DNA of 63,955 nt, the filler included, from Octopus bimaculoides (lineage: Eukaryota): assembly GCF_001194135.2 (NCBI RefSeq). It is 6 parts of 6 records of this genome, joined end to end, with 100 filler letters (N's around TTAATTAATTAA, not from the genome) between each part and the next. Parts side by side here need not be neighbours in the genome. Positions count along the whole stretch, not along the records: positions 1 to 25,130 come from NC_068984.1; 5 more parts are not named here. The stretch is one strand, 5' to 3'. Of this stretch, positions 1 through 10,899 are shown one piece after another. A program made the position numbers and the translations under genes. Under the pieces are notes generated by a model that saw nothing but the letters and a program-made list of their open reading frames with translations, had not been told where the DNA came from and searched no databases. The number at the start of each line of letters is the position of its first letter. Within the stretch, counting starts at the first letter, position 1.

Positions 1-53
1 ACCTCTAAACATTTCACCCGGTGTGCTAACGTTTCTGCCAGCTCGCCGCCCTT
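1..53 (-). mobile_element. SINE family A, 5' end (continues beyond window edge)
   Basis: Reverse complement reads AAGGGCGGCGAGCTGGCAGAAACGTTAGCACACCGGG, the same head as copies at 128, 367 and 39843. Confidence 0.8.
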
Positions 54-127
54 CAAATGTAAATATTGTTTGAATATTTGTTCAGGATCTATCATAACAG
101 GTTGCATTATTATTATTATTATTATGT

Positions 128-362
128 TAAAGGTGGCGAGCTGGCAGAAACGTGAGCACGCCGGGCGAAATGTTTAGCGGTATTTCGTCTGTCTTTACGT
201 TCTGAGTTCAAATTCCGCCGAGGTGGACTTTGCCTTTCATCCTTTCGGGGTCGATAAATTAAGTACTAGTTGCGTACTGGGGTCGATCTAATCGACTTAT
301 TCCCTTCCACCAAATTTCAGGCCTTGTGCCTATAGTAGAAAGGATTATTATTATTATTATTG
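128..362 (+). mobile_element. SINE family A, full-length with (TTA)n tail
   Basis: GGCGAGCTGGCAGAAACG head, B-box-like GAGTTCAAATTCC, core CTTTCATCCTTTCGGGGTCGATAAATTAAGTAC, (TTA)n tail; repeated at >=6 places in the window. Confidence 0.85.
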
Positions 363-366
363 TGTT

Positions 367-590
367 AAAGGCGGCCATCTGGCAGAATCGTTAGCACACC
401 GGATAAAGTGTTTAGCGGCATTTTGTCCGTCCTTATGTTCTAAGTTCAAATTCCGTCCAGGTCGACTTTGCCTTTCATTCTTTAGGGTTCTGCAAAATAA
501 ATACCAGTTGGGCTCTAGGGATCGATGTAATCGGCTTAACCCCCTCCCATGAAATTGCTTGCCTTGTGTCCAAATTTGAGACCATTACTA
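367..590 (+). mobile_element. SINE family A, diverged copy
   Basis: Colinear with 128-345; starts right after the previous copy's TTA tail. Confidence 0.8.
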
Positions 591-601
591 TTTTTACTAT
601 G

Positions 602-790
602 CAAGGCGACGAGCTGACAGAATCGCATTATTCGTCCGGCTTTACGTTCTGAATTCCAATTCTACCGAGGTCGACTTTACCTTATATCCTTTCGGGATCG
701 AAAAAATAAGTCCCAATTGAACACTGGGGGATGATGTAATCGATCTATCCCCTGCCTCAAACTTGTTGACCTAGTGCTAGAATTTGAATA
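602..790 (+). mobile_element. SINE family A, diverged copy with internal deletion
   Basis: Head GGCGACGAGCTGACAGAATCG jumps to TTCGTCCGGCTTTACGTTCTG; core retained. Confidence 0.75.
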
Positions 791-825
791 ATTTTACGCT
801 TTATTTTGTGATTGTGGTTTCTACG

Positions 826-2440
826 CGTATTCTGCATAATATTTGAGCTGTCAAGTTGGGTGCTATTTAAGTTGCATTAGTGGAAGTTTATGGTTAGTTT
901 AGTTGTTTGCATCTTAGTAATTGACAAGGAACCTATTATTTTGTGGATTATTTCTGTTTACAACTCCCACATTTTGATCATATCTACAGCAACCGACATT
1001 TCGATAGGCAGGCATTTCCTCCCTTAATGGTCCCTGACAACAATATCCAGTCGATTTACCCTTATCTCATTGCTAGTGTCGAATGACATATCCCAGAGTA
1101 TGTGCACTTTCTCATTCTTTGCAACCTCTCTTGGTGCATAATATTAAATATCGTTCCTGACATTATTTCATAATGTTACAAACAAAGTGATTAATCGTTT
1201 CTTTCAAATTTCCAAATATATTAGAGTTAGTTGTTGCATTCTGCTTCATTACAATCTTTTAAATTTTTCTGATGAGAAGCTGAATAGTGTGTTGTAATGA
1301 AAAGTCCCTCGGTTTCAGATTCGAAATTCGAGCTTATTAATCAGCACGAAGATTTTTCTGTATCCACTTCGCTTATATTTAACATGTTAAGGGTTTTTGG
1401 CATTGTTTTAGCATAGATTTTCAGCCTTTTTAATGAAAGCGCTCCCTTTTACCAAATGGAAATAAAAAAATAAAAAAACTCCTCGTAATGTTTTCAAAAA
1501 ATGAAAAAAGAAGGAAAGAAAAAACCCCAGGTTATTTGAATCTATCAGAGGTGAACTCTATACCATGAGTTATTATCCGTATTATCCCATCCAGTATATG
1601 TCCCCTCTTCAAAAATTTTCCCCATGTTAAATATTTACAAATTTGCTGAAGTAGGCGAGGACTTTGTTAAATTCTTTTAATATTGTTTCTTTATATATAA
1701 CATGCCATTAGTGTTTTTAATGTTCTTACCTACAGAGCTGTGCATTTTCTAAACTGCATTTCGTGTCACTTTCTCCGTGTGCTGACTGCAGCAGTGTTTC
1801 TAGTTGTTTATCATTAGCATAATAAATACAAAGTGATGGTTGATTATCCTCTCAGCGAATGTATCCGATCTTGGTTGGTATAATACGTTTGTTTATGGTA
1901 TTTAATGCCAATCAAAAAAGGACTAGAGAGAAGAAATCTAGTTTCTGTATTATAGTTCATTTTTATCTTATATAGATTTGATTTTATAACTGTTTTATTT
2001 GTCTCTGCAGAGTTGCTTACCATTTAACTCATGAAGCATTTTATGTACCTACTTATTGGTGCTACCTTAATCTCGTAAGGTTGTACCAATGTGGGGAATG
2101 CTGTCAAAATTCATTTTGTAGTCAAATTTTTCATTCGCCTCCTACATTCTTCGATTATAAATTTGTGGATCAGTGACATATCGCTGCAATAATTCTAGCA
2201 TTTCAACAACCTTTCTATTTTTCTTTGAAAGATTTTCCCCTGAGATACTATTCGAGCATTTGTAAACTGTAGTTGTTTATGAGTCTGTAAATTAGGGGGT
2301 TTACTGTTTCTTTAGAGTCGAAGGTTAAGATGGTTTTATCTCTTCCCTGAGGCTTTTAGATATCCCTCTCTCTCTCATTGTTTCTGCCATATTTAAAACC
2401 ATGATGTGGTGTAAGAGTGTCTCAGTTTTACTTAGTGGCT
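826..2440 (-). mobile_element. Degenerate R4/Dong-like (restriction-like endonuclease) non-LTR retrotransposon, RT + RLE remnant
   Basis: Minus-strand fragments: EKVHILWDMSF..RLDIVVRD...CLPIEMSV (RLE motif, ~1000-1110), DYKMNFDSIPH (DYKKAFDSVPH-like, ~2090-2130), degenerate YRPI and LYMDD regions, KIIGSL near the ORF end; many stops and frameshifts. Confidence 0.7.
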
Positions 2441-2444
2441 TCCA

Positions 2445-2800
2445 ACTGTTGGATAGACATCGAATTGATTTTTCGAATATGACTCGGTTAAACCACAACA
2501 GATCATCGATATCGTATTTAGATAGAATTTTCATTAGATTAACGGATATGGACAGTGTAGAAAACTCAAAATTCAAGATGGTTGGATATACAGGCCACAA
2601 GATTGTTATTTCTACAATACCAGAGAGGCTATATAGATAGAGGCCTAGTTATTGGAAACTGAGCGCGCCGTTACCGATATAGAAAACCTACATAGACCGG
2701 ATTACAAGGCTAGTTAATAGAAAATTGGCGAGAGAAATTATGAATAACAAAGTGATAGAGCTCACTAGAAAGAAACTTTTGACAGAACCCGTTAAGTTTA
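2445..2800 (+). mobile_element. Tx1/L1-like LINE fragment (APE endonuclease C-terminus + linker) nested in the R4-like remnant
   Basis: ORF 2401-2640 contains SYLDRIFIR...VGYTGHKIV followed by RPSYWKL, homologous to SYSDHKMV...GYWKLN at 23370-23460. Confidence 0.7.
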
Positions 2801-3049
2801 GCAAGTTTAAAGGCCAACGCATTCCTAAACAGACTTGGTGTTTTTCTTCTGGAGTGTTGTCGGTGTCACAGCAGCCCCGGTAGAAGTATTCAGGACAACC
2901 GACACCTCCATACGATACGCCATAGAGGGGATCAGTTGTAGATCTTTCACAGCTCTCGGGAGGTCTTTCAGTTTCAGAATTCGAAACTGTGCATTCAGAG
3001 TCAGATATATGATTCTTGGTTAAGTTTGGCGCTTTCAAAAAAGGCTCAG

Positions 3050-3400
3050 GTTTTCGTCATTCAAATGTTTTGTCTGTCATCAGTTTATCATTATCTTCCC
3101 TTCTAAATATTTTATTTCTTTAATCATGTATTCTTCTATGAGTTAGAATTTTTCTTGCATCTCTCCTACGTCAACCGCCTTGTTATAATTTATCTGCTTC
3201 CTTAAAAATAGTGCATAATGTCTTTTATTTATTCTTTGTTAACTCTTCATATTAATCTGCTGCTCTTTTCTGCTATATATTTATGTAAACCTAGAGTAGT
3301 TATCTTATTGTAATGTTATACTTGCAGAAGTCTTATTCTTGATATTCTGCTTGAGATAAATAGAAGCTGTCAGTGTCTACTTTGGAGTACCACCCAACTA
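3050..3400 (-). mobile_element. Probable upstream continuation of the R4/Dong-like ORF
   Basis: K/E/R-rich minus-strand reading with a TPK*..LKQNIKN segment resembling the PPWK.RL..KI region upstream of R4-type RTs; weak. Confidence 0.35.
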
Positions 3401-3685
3401 CTTTTGAGCATCAACTGACAGGTTTATATTTAAATATAAACTGACAATTGATGATGTTGTTGTTGTTGTGTTGCTCCAGGTTAGTTCTGACCGAGTAGAC
3501 ATAACTCTCGCAATTAGTTCGCCAACCAACGAGGCTCCACCCACAGAGCTGCTATTTTCCATCTCCGCCTAAGTAAGGACCATGCTGCATACTCCGACAT
3601 ACAGTGAGGAATCGTATGACAAATAGTGTGAGAGTCTGAACAAGCTGTACTCGTGTTCGACTGTTATTTCTTTATACTTGTTGTT

Positions 3686-3744
<59 letters not shown>

Positions 3745-3745
3745 T
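3686..3745. repeat. (TAG)n microsatellite
   Basis: About 20 perfect GTA units. Confidence 0.95.
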
Positions 3746-4402
3746 GTTGTAGTTGCAGTGTTTAGCATTAAGTTAGCAAAGGCAGTCCAGCCTTGAACAT
3801 CTCGTCAAGAACTACATTATTCAATATATCGTTATTGAAAAAAACTGTGGAATATTTGACAGTTGTTTCTAGCAAGATGGCCTTTAGGTTCTGGTGGTAA
3901 CTATAGTGATGGTGGATATAAGGTGCAGAAGGCCATGTAGATTTAAAGTTAATGGCGTATATCCCAGCACACTGCTTTGGACAAATAACGTTATTGTTGA
4001 TACTGTAGTTATTTCTTTGGCGGAATGAGAAGCTCAGGAATCGATGTTTTAACTAAGCTGAGTGAGATGAAATGGGTTTTGTATTCGTATCTGGGTGTTT
4101 TGAGCCCAGCTGGTTTTCCTTGTAGAGACAGAAACAATGTCTTTTCAGATTTTTATAAGTTTTTTCAGTTATAGTAATTTTGTTTCATTTTCTGGTTAGT
4201 CAATGACTGGGGATCTGCATGGAACTTATAATAGTGCGTGTGTTTGTTTTTTGTTGTTGTTTTTTCAGTTTATTGAGATTTGTTTCAGAGGAACTGTGAA
4301 CTTAGTAAGGCTCTCATAATCTTAAAACGGCGGGAAAAGGTTGCATGAATGCGTATGCCAAATGGAGAAAAACAAAGGTCTCTTTTCCTTAAAGCTAATT
4401 TT

Positions 4403-5465
4403 TACCTCCGCCTTAGTGAAGGCGGAGGTATTGTTTTCAGTCGTGTTTGTTTGTTTGTTTGTTTGTCCGTTGATAAGATATCTCAAGAACCGCTGGATGG
4501 ATACGCATGAAACTTTCAGAGATGTTTAGCCTTCTGACTGGCACAAACTGATTAGATTTTGGGATCGATCCAGTACTGGACGAGGATTCTGTATTATTTG
4601 TTATATTTACTTTGCTTTACATGAAGTATTACGGTCTTACGTTGACTTTCAAGTCTTTCTCTGATTATCTCCCTTGAAAGCACGCTCATGGCTTCCACGT
4701 AAGTTATGGCAGCGTTGCTGTTTTCAAAAGTTTTATTTTCGTTTCTCTACTATTCATCTTACTCGCGTCTCTATCTTAGAAGAAACTGATGGACGAAAGA
4801 AAGAACTCAAACTACATAAACAAACGGCAGGAAAACCCTTCAGAAATTAAATAACACTAACATATTCAGTAACAATAATAAATTTTATTTATCCTCGACA
4901 ATTTTTAGTTTTACCAATTTTGAATACATCGCTCCTGTTTAAAACTTGACAATTGCATTACTAGCCCTGCCTTGCAGGAAGCTTTACTTCTTGAACTCAC
5001 GTTTTTGTACGCAACGATGTTGTTTAAGCCTCCGTTAACGGCACCGTATGCAGGTCCTTTCGGTTTTATTTCACACACACATAAATTTTTCACTACAGAC
5101 CTTAATGGTCGTGAACACACTATATCAGTGGACAGACTAAAAAAAGGGCTTCATAGAGAATACTGTTCCTGTTCCCACAGCAGACGACACACACACAGCA
5201 TTATAAACACGGCCCGCACACCCACCTTCGCATTTCATGACTACCATTGAGATCGATGCGGTACCGGACAAGGATTCTGGATTATTTTTCCGGATTTAAA
5301 AAATTTATTTTTGAGAGTGGTCGGGTTCATTTTTAGTGTTCTCGTTTGTAGAGCAGTCGAGTTTATCCCAGATATTCTCATTTTAAAAATCATCTCCGGT
5401 TAATCGTTGAAAAGATGTTGGTGTTGCTTTGACAGAGGTTTATGCAGGCGGTTTGAGTTGTTTTT
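4403..5465 (+). mobile_element. Helentron-associated (HINE/DINE-1-like) non-autonomous element, interrupted
   Basis: 5' perfect 12-bp hairpin TACCTCCGCCTT-agtg-AAGGCGGAGGTA, then (GTTT)n, GATATCTCAAGAACC..GCATGAAACTT, GATCGATCC; degenerate subterminal repeat CTTTGACAGAGGTT near 5427-5440. This layout is typical of HINEs. Confidence 0.6.
4972..5150 (+). mobile_element. Gypsy/Ty3 LTR retrotransposon integrase C-terminal (GPY/F) fragment
   Basis: ORF 4972-5250: KPPLTAPYAGPF...KFFTTDLNGREHTISVDRLK matches the PPL.PPY.GPF...TVS.DRLKP motif. Confidence 0.8.
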
Positions 5466-5559
5466 TGTCGTGTTAGACGTAAGTCATAGTGTTAAATATT
5501 TGTTTAATTGATTGTTACTGTTCAAATTGTTGCTATTGTTATTTTGAATTGTTGTCCCC

Positions 5560-6365
5560 CTCCCCCTCCATTGTGGGAAAAAGGGAGAAAACGCCAGCAG
5601 GTGGCCAATTATGCAGCTGCAACTGGAAAAGGGATAGACGCGGAAACGCTGAAAGTACGTGAAATAAAGGTTGAACCACGAAAAATAAAGGAATACGAGA
5701 AGTTGCTGGAAAGATACGGAAATACACTGAAATTAACGCCGCCTGTGGAACTAACAACCAACGTAATGAAAAAAACGGTGATATACAAGACAATGAAGAT
5801 AGCAACGAAAAATAGAAATAGCGACAATGGAGGCTATTGAAGAATGTTTAAAGAATATAAAAGGTCTAACCAAATTTATAACAAGAGGGAGAAAGTTCTC
5901 TACTGTGGAGGTGCGTTTTGCATCAGAAGAGGAAGCAATTGCGTGCTCCACGGAGGCAATAAGATCTGAAGAATGGGTACTTTTGCCATCGTATTGTGGT
6001 AAACGTGTGGCCAGGGTGCGAGTTAGCAAAGTGTCCCCAGAGCTGAAAGAAGCATGGCTGATGACAGCCATAATGTATGACATGAATGAGGAGGCCAAGA
6101 TACTGAAGGCCACAAGAACCCAAAGAGTTAACTACTGGGGATATGGAATAGAGTTAACCGTTCAAGCAACAGTGGAAGACCTAAACAGAATTGTCGAAGA
6201 GAAAGTGCTGCCTGATGACGTAAGATTGAGAGTGGTGGTGAAGGGCAGGCCGCCTATATGTTATGCATGTGGGGAAAAGGGCCACAAGAAGGCGAGGTGC
6301 CTCCAGAGGGAACAACAGATGAATCAGACGGAGAGGCAGGAGAGCAACGGACCAGGTAGTACAGG
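5560..6365 (+). mobile_element. Tx1/L1-like LINE ORF1 (gag-like) with CCHC zinc knuckle, one frameshift
   Basis: ORFs 5508-5840 and 5827-: NYAAATG..., RRM-like middle, CYACGEKGHKKARC (C-x2-C-x4-H-x4-C). Confidence 0.8.
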
Positions 6366-6369
6366 TCGA

Positions 6370-7905
6370 GATAAAGTCTTGACTACGTGTGCCACCCTAC
6401 TCGACACCTCAGCCCAGTTCTTCTCTACCTGGAGGTCTGGACCAAACCAGACTCCTAGCAACTTAACCGGGCCCTCCGTCCAACGTCTTACGACGGTGTC
6501 CGAAGGCATCGACTTGCCCCTCCAGGTGGCGAGTTGCAAGCCGACTGATTTTTTCCGGTTAATTTTTGCTCCTGCCACCGTCTCGTAAACCTCAATGGCC
6601 TTGCCTACCTCCTGTAGGTGTTCCATTTTGGTCACGCTGGTGGTGATGTCATCCGCATAAGCTGAAACCGACTCTCCACATCCTGGTTCTCTCAGGATGC
6701 CACTCAACTTTCGCAGTAACGGCTCAAGAGCCATCACATACTAAATCGGTGAGAGCGGACACCCTTGGCGAACCGAGCGTTTGATACAGAACGGTTTTGA
6801 TGAAAAGCTGTTCACCCGAACGATCGAGTCAATGTTATCATACAAATGTATTATCCACTTAAGGAAACCAAGACCCAAGCCGAACTGTGCAAGAACAGAC
6901 ACCAGGTACCGATTGTCAACCCTATCGAAAGCCTTAGATTGGTCTAAACGTACCAATACTCCACCTTTGCTAGTTTTACTACCAAACCCCTCTACGGTGT
7001 AGCGGAGAAGATGGAGATTATCCTGGATGCTTCTGCCAGGAATAGCACATGTCTGTGCCTCCCCGATCAGATCATCCGCGACACGTGCCAATCTTTTTGT
7101 TATCACCTCTGTGTGTAGCAGAGTAATGGGCCTGAAATTATCTATATGATCCCCCTTGTCCGGGTCCTTTCTGATAAGTGTCACTACTCCCCGGCGTACA
7201 GATCTGGGAATCAACCCATTCTGTTGCCAGTTCGTGTACACACTGGCCAGGAGGTACCCGAACAAGTCTGGCATACACTTATATAGCTCGTAGGGTAGAC
7301 CATTCAGAACCAGTGACTTACTTACACCACAGTCCACTACAGCCTCAATCACCTCCTCAGATGTTATCGGCCCTTAGGCGCGGCAGCCCGGCAAGGAAGT
7401 CCGCAAGGTCCCAACTACCATCCGATCTATCGCTCCCCACGAAAAGCTGGGCGAAGTGCTCCTGAAAGGCTTCGCACATTTCCTCGGATTCGTTTATGAA
7501 TACACCATGATGATTTACCAAAGATCGAATTGTGGAATCATTTCCACGTTGAGCCTCCACCACTCGGGCCCATCCAGCGGCCTTGATTCCTTCGCAAGCA
7601 ACCCATTGCACGTAGTCTAGCTCTGACGATGCATCCCATGTGTTGGGCTTCGAGGTGCTGGTTTAATTCCTGTCTCTTCACCCTCACCTGGTCCGCATTG
7701 CCAGTCTTCATGACTTCCTCTAAGTTCTTAACTAGACCCTTTTCTTTCTTATGTTCCTTATCTACTAGACTTATGCTATATCTAATAGACTCATATTTTA
7801 TGGCTCGTTTTAGGGCGTACCACCATTTGTTATTAATGATGGCACCTGCTAATGCCCTTTGAATTAACATCTTAATCCGCTTTCTGTACTCCACAAGTTC
7901 TGCAT
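6370..7905 (-). mobile_element. Tx1/L1-like LINE ORF2 fragment (linker + RT), frameshifted
   Basis: NFRPITLL, DQSKAFDRV, RQGCPLSP, SAYADD, KLLGVWF motifs in ORFs 6741-7352 and 6324-6737; roughly 80-85% identical by eye to 21830-23340. Confidence 0.9.
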
Positions 7906-7956
7906 AGTACATATTTCTAATGCACCGATAATTTTTTTTTTCAATATTTTATCTTC

Positions 7957-8114
7957 TACATTATTTACATTATTTACATTTGACGTATATTTGTCCTCAT
8001 TTTGTTTGTTGTTAACACAACGTTTCAGCTGATATACCCTCCAGATTTCATCAGGTGTCTTGGGGAAATTTCGAACCTGGGTTCTCATTCCTAAGGTATT
8101 TTTCGATGTTGTTG

Positions 8115-8147
<33 letters not shown>

Positions 8148-8148
8148 G

Positions 8149-8183
<35 letters not shown>

Positions 8184-8255
8184 TTACTGCCTGGAATTGA
8201 ACTCGGAATATTGGGGTTAGTAACCCGCACTCTTAACCACAACGCCATAGGCCCG
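7957..8255 (-). mobile_element. tRNA-headed SINE-like element carrying a minimal hammerhead motif
   Basis: Minus strand: A box TGGCGTTGTGG, B box GAGTTCAATTCC, (AAT)n/(AAC)n linker, body, hammerhead, tandem tail (AATGTAAAT)x2.5. Confidence 0.7.
8014..8059 (-). ncRNA. Minimal type-I hammerhead ribozyme motif (PLE-type), slightly degenerate stem II
   Basis: GACAC-CUGAUGA-A-AUCUGG/UCAGCU (5 of 6 pairs)-GAAA-CGU-U-GUGUU; stem I GACAC/GUGUU; palindromic ACGU stem III. Confidence 0.65.
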
Positions 8256-8373
8256 TGTTTTTGCTTTAAACCATATTACTTCTTTATCCTACAATACACC
8301 TATTATGTCTTTAAAAGCCTTCCATTTCTAAATGGTAGCTTTTACATATTTTTCTACTCTCGTGTTTGTACAG

Positions 8374-8457
8374 ATACATAAAATATTGCATGGCAGATAT
8401 CCTCCGCATTATGGAAGCATTGCACTCCAGACGTACCAACTGGGAAGAGCTTAGAAG
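8374..8457 (+). CDS. Candidate host-gene exon (phase 2-2), YIKYCMADILRIMEALHSRRTNWEELR
   Basis: Pyrimidine tract + TACAG acceptor, AAG|GTTTGG donor, 84 nt, open frame; product not recognised. Confidence 0.4.
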
Positions 8458-8775
8458 GTTTGGCGGGAAACAATATACGATGATAAAAAATGAACAACAA
8501 CAACAATTTTGTAACGTGTAATTCCGTAAAGTGAAACACATTCTTACTCACTTCCATGTAAGCGGTTAATGGAAACGATTATAGAACTCCGCGATACATG
8601 ATTCTTCAGGAAAGCAACATTTTCGTAATACAATATGTGCCTGGTTTTGTAACATATTATCCTACAGATTATACGTTTCTGCAATGAGTTTTACGTTACC
8701 AATGTACGATAAATGGTTTATGATCAGTTCTATCCGCAACTAAATTCGATTAATAAATTACCTGAATGTGTTAAG

Positions 8776-8817
8776 GTCAGATGAAAGACGCACCTTGAAA
8801 TATTTCTCTAACAACAG
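8776..8817 (+). CDS. Candidate exon (phase 2-2), SDERRTLKYFSNN
   Basis: Strong CAG|GTAAGA donor; weak acceptor (TTAAG); 42 nt, in phase with 8374-8457. Confidence 0.35.
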
Positions 8818-9013
8818 GTAAGATTTTAGCTTTTACTCATTCAATTTGTTGTTATTTCTGTCATTGTTTAACCCCAGATTAGTCTTGGTCAATCAGACTT
8901 ACGATCCAGCCGTAACACGTTGTTTGTTTTGTTGTTTTATTTCCAATCTTATCCATCCGTTCTTTAAGCAGTAGGATATGATTTCAAGTAAATTTGAATG
9001 CTATTTCTTGCAG

Positions 9014-9032
9014 ATTGAGCAAACTACATTGA
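9014..9032 (+). CDS. Candidate terminal coding exon, LSKLH*
   Basis: Good acceptor CTATTTCTTGCAG; phase 2 continues the previous two exons to TGA. Confidence 0.3.
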
Positions 9033-9424
9033 AGTTTTCTTGTTGGCTCTGTATGTTTTGTAAACGAGATGTTGCTATCTATCTTCCTTGGTTTAATTAG
9101 CTTTACTAATATTTTATTCACAGTTAAAATTTGACGTATGCTCTTTAGTAATCATGTATTCGTATTTAGATGTGTTTTTTTCTATTCTTGCTATATTCAA
9201 TAGAAGATCTACACAATCCTGCTTCATCGGAATCTTTTTTGTTAAAAAAATAAGACAGTATTCTCATTTAGATGTGTACTTTGTATGAGTGGTAGGCTTT
9301 GTTTTGTAGTTAAGAAGTCTACTTCGCAATTGTAAGATTTCAGGTTCGATTCACAGTACATTACAATAAGTAAATGTCATCCTTGGATCGCCCAAAGCCT
9401 TTTGTGTAATACTGGCATTCCGTC

Positions 9425-9716
9425 AATTACGACAACGACAGTTCCAGTTGGTCCGATCAACGGAACAGCCTGCTCGTGAAATTAACCTGCAAGTGGTTGA
9501 GCGCACCACAGACACCTGTACCCTTGACGTAGTTCTCAAGTAGATTCAACGTGATACAAAATGACAATCGTTGGCCACTTGAAATTCATGTAGTGCTCAT
9601 TTTTGCCAGCTGGGGGCACAAGAGCGACGTGAAATAAAGCATCTTGATCAGAGACGCCGGGAATCGAACTCAAGACCTTACGATGATGAGTTGAATACCC
9701 TAACCACTAAGCCACA
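9425..9716 (-). mobile_element. SINE family B (tRNA head, CORE-like middle)
   Basis: Reverse complement of the 18901 and 20011 copies (GTGGCTTAGTGGTTAG head; GCAGGCTGTTCCGTTGATCGG tail). Confidence 0.8.
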
Positions 9717-10289
9717 ACAGTTCAGACGAATGAAAGCTTTGCTAAAACCCATCAGTTTAACCTCAACGTCTGGCCCTTGTGTGCGTATATCGTTGTCCAC
9801 TCAGTTGCTAGTATTCGGCCAAGTCTCTTCCTCTTTTCTCCCCATATATCAAAGAGGTCCTGAAAACAGGATTAGGGGAAGCACCTTCCTCCTCTGACTA
9901 AGCATTTAAAAAAAGAGTAAAAACATGATGTTTAAATGAGGTGAACAAATAAGTAATAAGTAATATCCTCAGATTTGGTTGTTAACGTTTTCCTTTCCCC
10001 TGACTGAACAAATCAGATTCTTTCTCTAGTTCTTTAATGGTGCTTCCAAAAAGTTACGCAAGTACTTCATCTGTGTGTATTAAATATTCGAACAAGAAAT
10101 TGATCAGTTTATCAATACCAGGGGCTTTGAAGTAGTAAATAATTAGAATGCTTCGGCAACCACTAACATTACATTCTCGACTGTTCTGTTAATAATAATG
10201 TTCTCTCATTGTGTTGTATCACTACATGTTGTTTCCTACCAAAGTCTTCTACTCTTTCTCCAGTTGGGCTCTTTTATTGAGTTTCCTTT

Positions 10290-10455
10290 AGTTATTTGAT
10301 TTATGAGGTCTTCTACACAAACGTGACAAGTATTTGTTAGTGCCAGGCTTGGAGTTGGTAAGCATAAAATGGGTGAAAAGAGGAGAAAAACAAGCTAGTT
10401 GAGTGAACCTTGGTAGAGATGGTACGAGAACTAAGCAACCCCAAGAAGCAAAGGT
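10290..10455 (-). repeat. Unclassified interspersed repeat (inverted partner of 12575-12740)
   Basis: About 80% identical by eye to 12575-12740 in opposite orientation. Confidence 0.7.
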
Positions 10456-10790
10456 TACAGTCAATCGTCTGTCATCCATCACCATGTGATGAACGCGATC
10501 AATGTTTCCTTCGGTGGTGTCAGTTGCAGGACGTCCAGTCCTAGAGTGACCGTCGAAAATTTCCCTTCCCTTTCTAAATTCAGCTGCTCACTTTTGCAAT
10601 CTTGACAAAGCTGAAGCGTCATCCCCTAATGTAGCAACTATGTTAGCATGAATGACCTTGGGGGTGAACCGATTTTCTTGCAGGTATTTGATAACACCAC
10701 GATGCCAAATTTTGTCGATTTTCAAGAGAAGTCGCCACGAGTTACTTTTGAAGCGTTCTTTGAACAGTGAGATATCAATTTACCTGGAAA
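10456..10790 (-). mobile_element. Mariner transposase N-terminal fragment
   Basis: DKIWHRGVIKYL...IHANIVATLGDDA...RTGRPAT...VMDDRRLTV (HTH region). Confidence 0.8.
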
Positions 10791-10899
10791 GAAACAATGC
10801 AGTTATTAATAAAATGAATTAGAATTAATATATGTATAATTAATATATATATGTCAATTATATACACATGCATACATACATACATACATACATACATAC

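Noticed and set aside
9755-9859. Minus-strand exon candidate DLFDIWGEKRKRLGRILATEW after a strong acceptor
   Set aside because: Weak donor, two plausible frames, no recognisable product or partner exon; insufficient support.
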